From NCBI GenBank assembly GCA_964016885.1, contig OZ024741.1, positions 378,014,001 through 378,078,000 on the forward strand: DNA of 64,000 nt, written 5' to 3'. The stretch is from Eledone cirrhosa (Eukaryota). Under the pieces are notes generated by a model, which had not been told where the DNA came from, did no database searches, and was given only the letters and a program-made list of their open reading frames with translations. Made by a program: the position numbers and the translations under genes. This document shows, one piece after another, positions 63,701-64,000 of this stretch (positions are counted from its first letter, which is position 1; each line of letters begins with the position of its first letter).

Positions 63701-64000
63701 ATTAATGGTGAAATCAGGGAAATGAGAAATGACATTGGAAAGCTTGAGTCCCTACTGAATGGGACACTAAAAAACATAGACACTAAAAATAGACTGGAAA
63801 TAAAGTACAAAACTAGGAGGAAAAAGCTAAATATTATCACAGAGGAACTGAAGCAACGCATTGTAGCAAAGAGTGCAAACATTAGGCGATACCAGAGCAG
63901 AGTCAGTCAGAATAGACAGAACCGCATGTTGCACAACAATCGGAAGTTGTTGTTTGGACAGCTTGAAAGGAAAGAAAGAGGCAACGACTTGATCCCTGAG
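63701..64000 (+). mobile_element. Start of another 5'-truncated R4/Dong-type element (family B or a third family), running off the window
   Basis: After (TAA)n at 63683-63700 the frame reads INGEIREMRNDIG..KYK..EELKQRIVAKSANIRRYQSR..QNRML. This is homologous to the pre-RT region KQKVSAKAARIRRFEKR of family A. Confidence 0.75.

Overview
This is eukaryotic, almost certainly animal DNA with no recognisable host gene. The SINE type and the microsatellite load suggest a cephalopod such as Octopus, but that is inference. Region 1 (1-11.1 kb) is AT-rich and microsatellite-dense. It holds a 5'-truncated Penelope-like element (RT + GIY-YIG, minus strand, 5877-7154) in the loop of a large inverted repeat (arms about 2233-5735 and 7153-9840). 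Each arm ends in a type I hammerhead ribozyme fold, and the left arm carries a 0.6 kb RTE-related insertion. A 340-bp spacerless palindrome follows. Region 2 (11.1-64 kb) is a dense array of non-LTR retrotransposons joined by (TAA)n tracts with strict polarity. All R4/Dong-type REL-endonuclease elements (families A and B) are on the + strand and end in (TAA)n. All Tx1/L1-clade APE elements (four full-length copies of family C plus a family D fragment) are on the - strand, and family C is flanked by (TTA)n. The same Dong-Tx1 tail-to-tail junction recurs at about 18.4 kb spacing. Shared lesions, shared flanks and a tandem duplication show DNA-level amplification or recombination on top of site-specific retrotransposition. 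The letters A-D are my labels, not database names.
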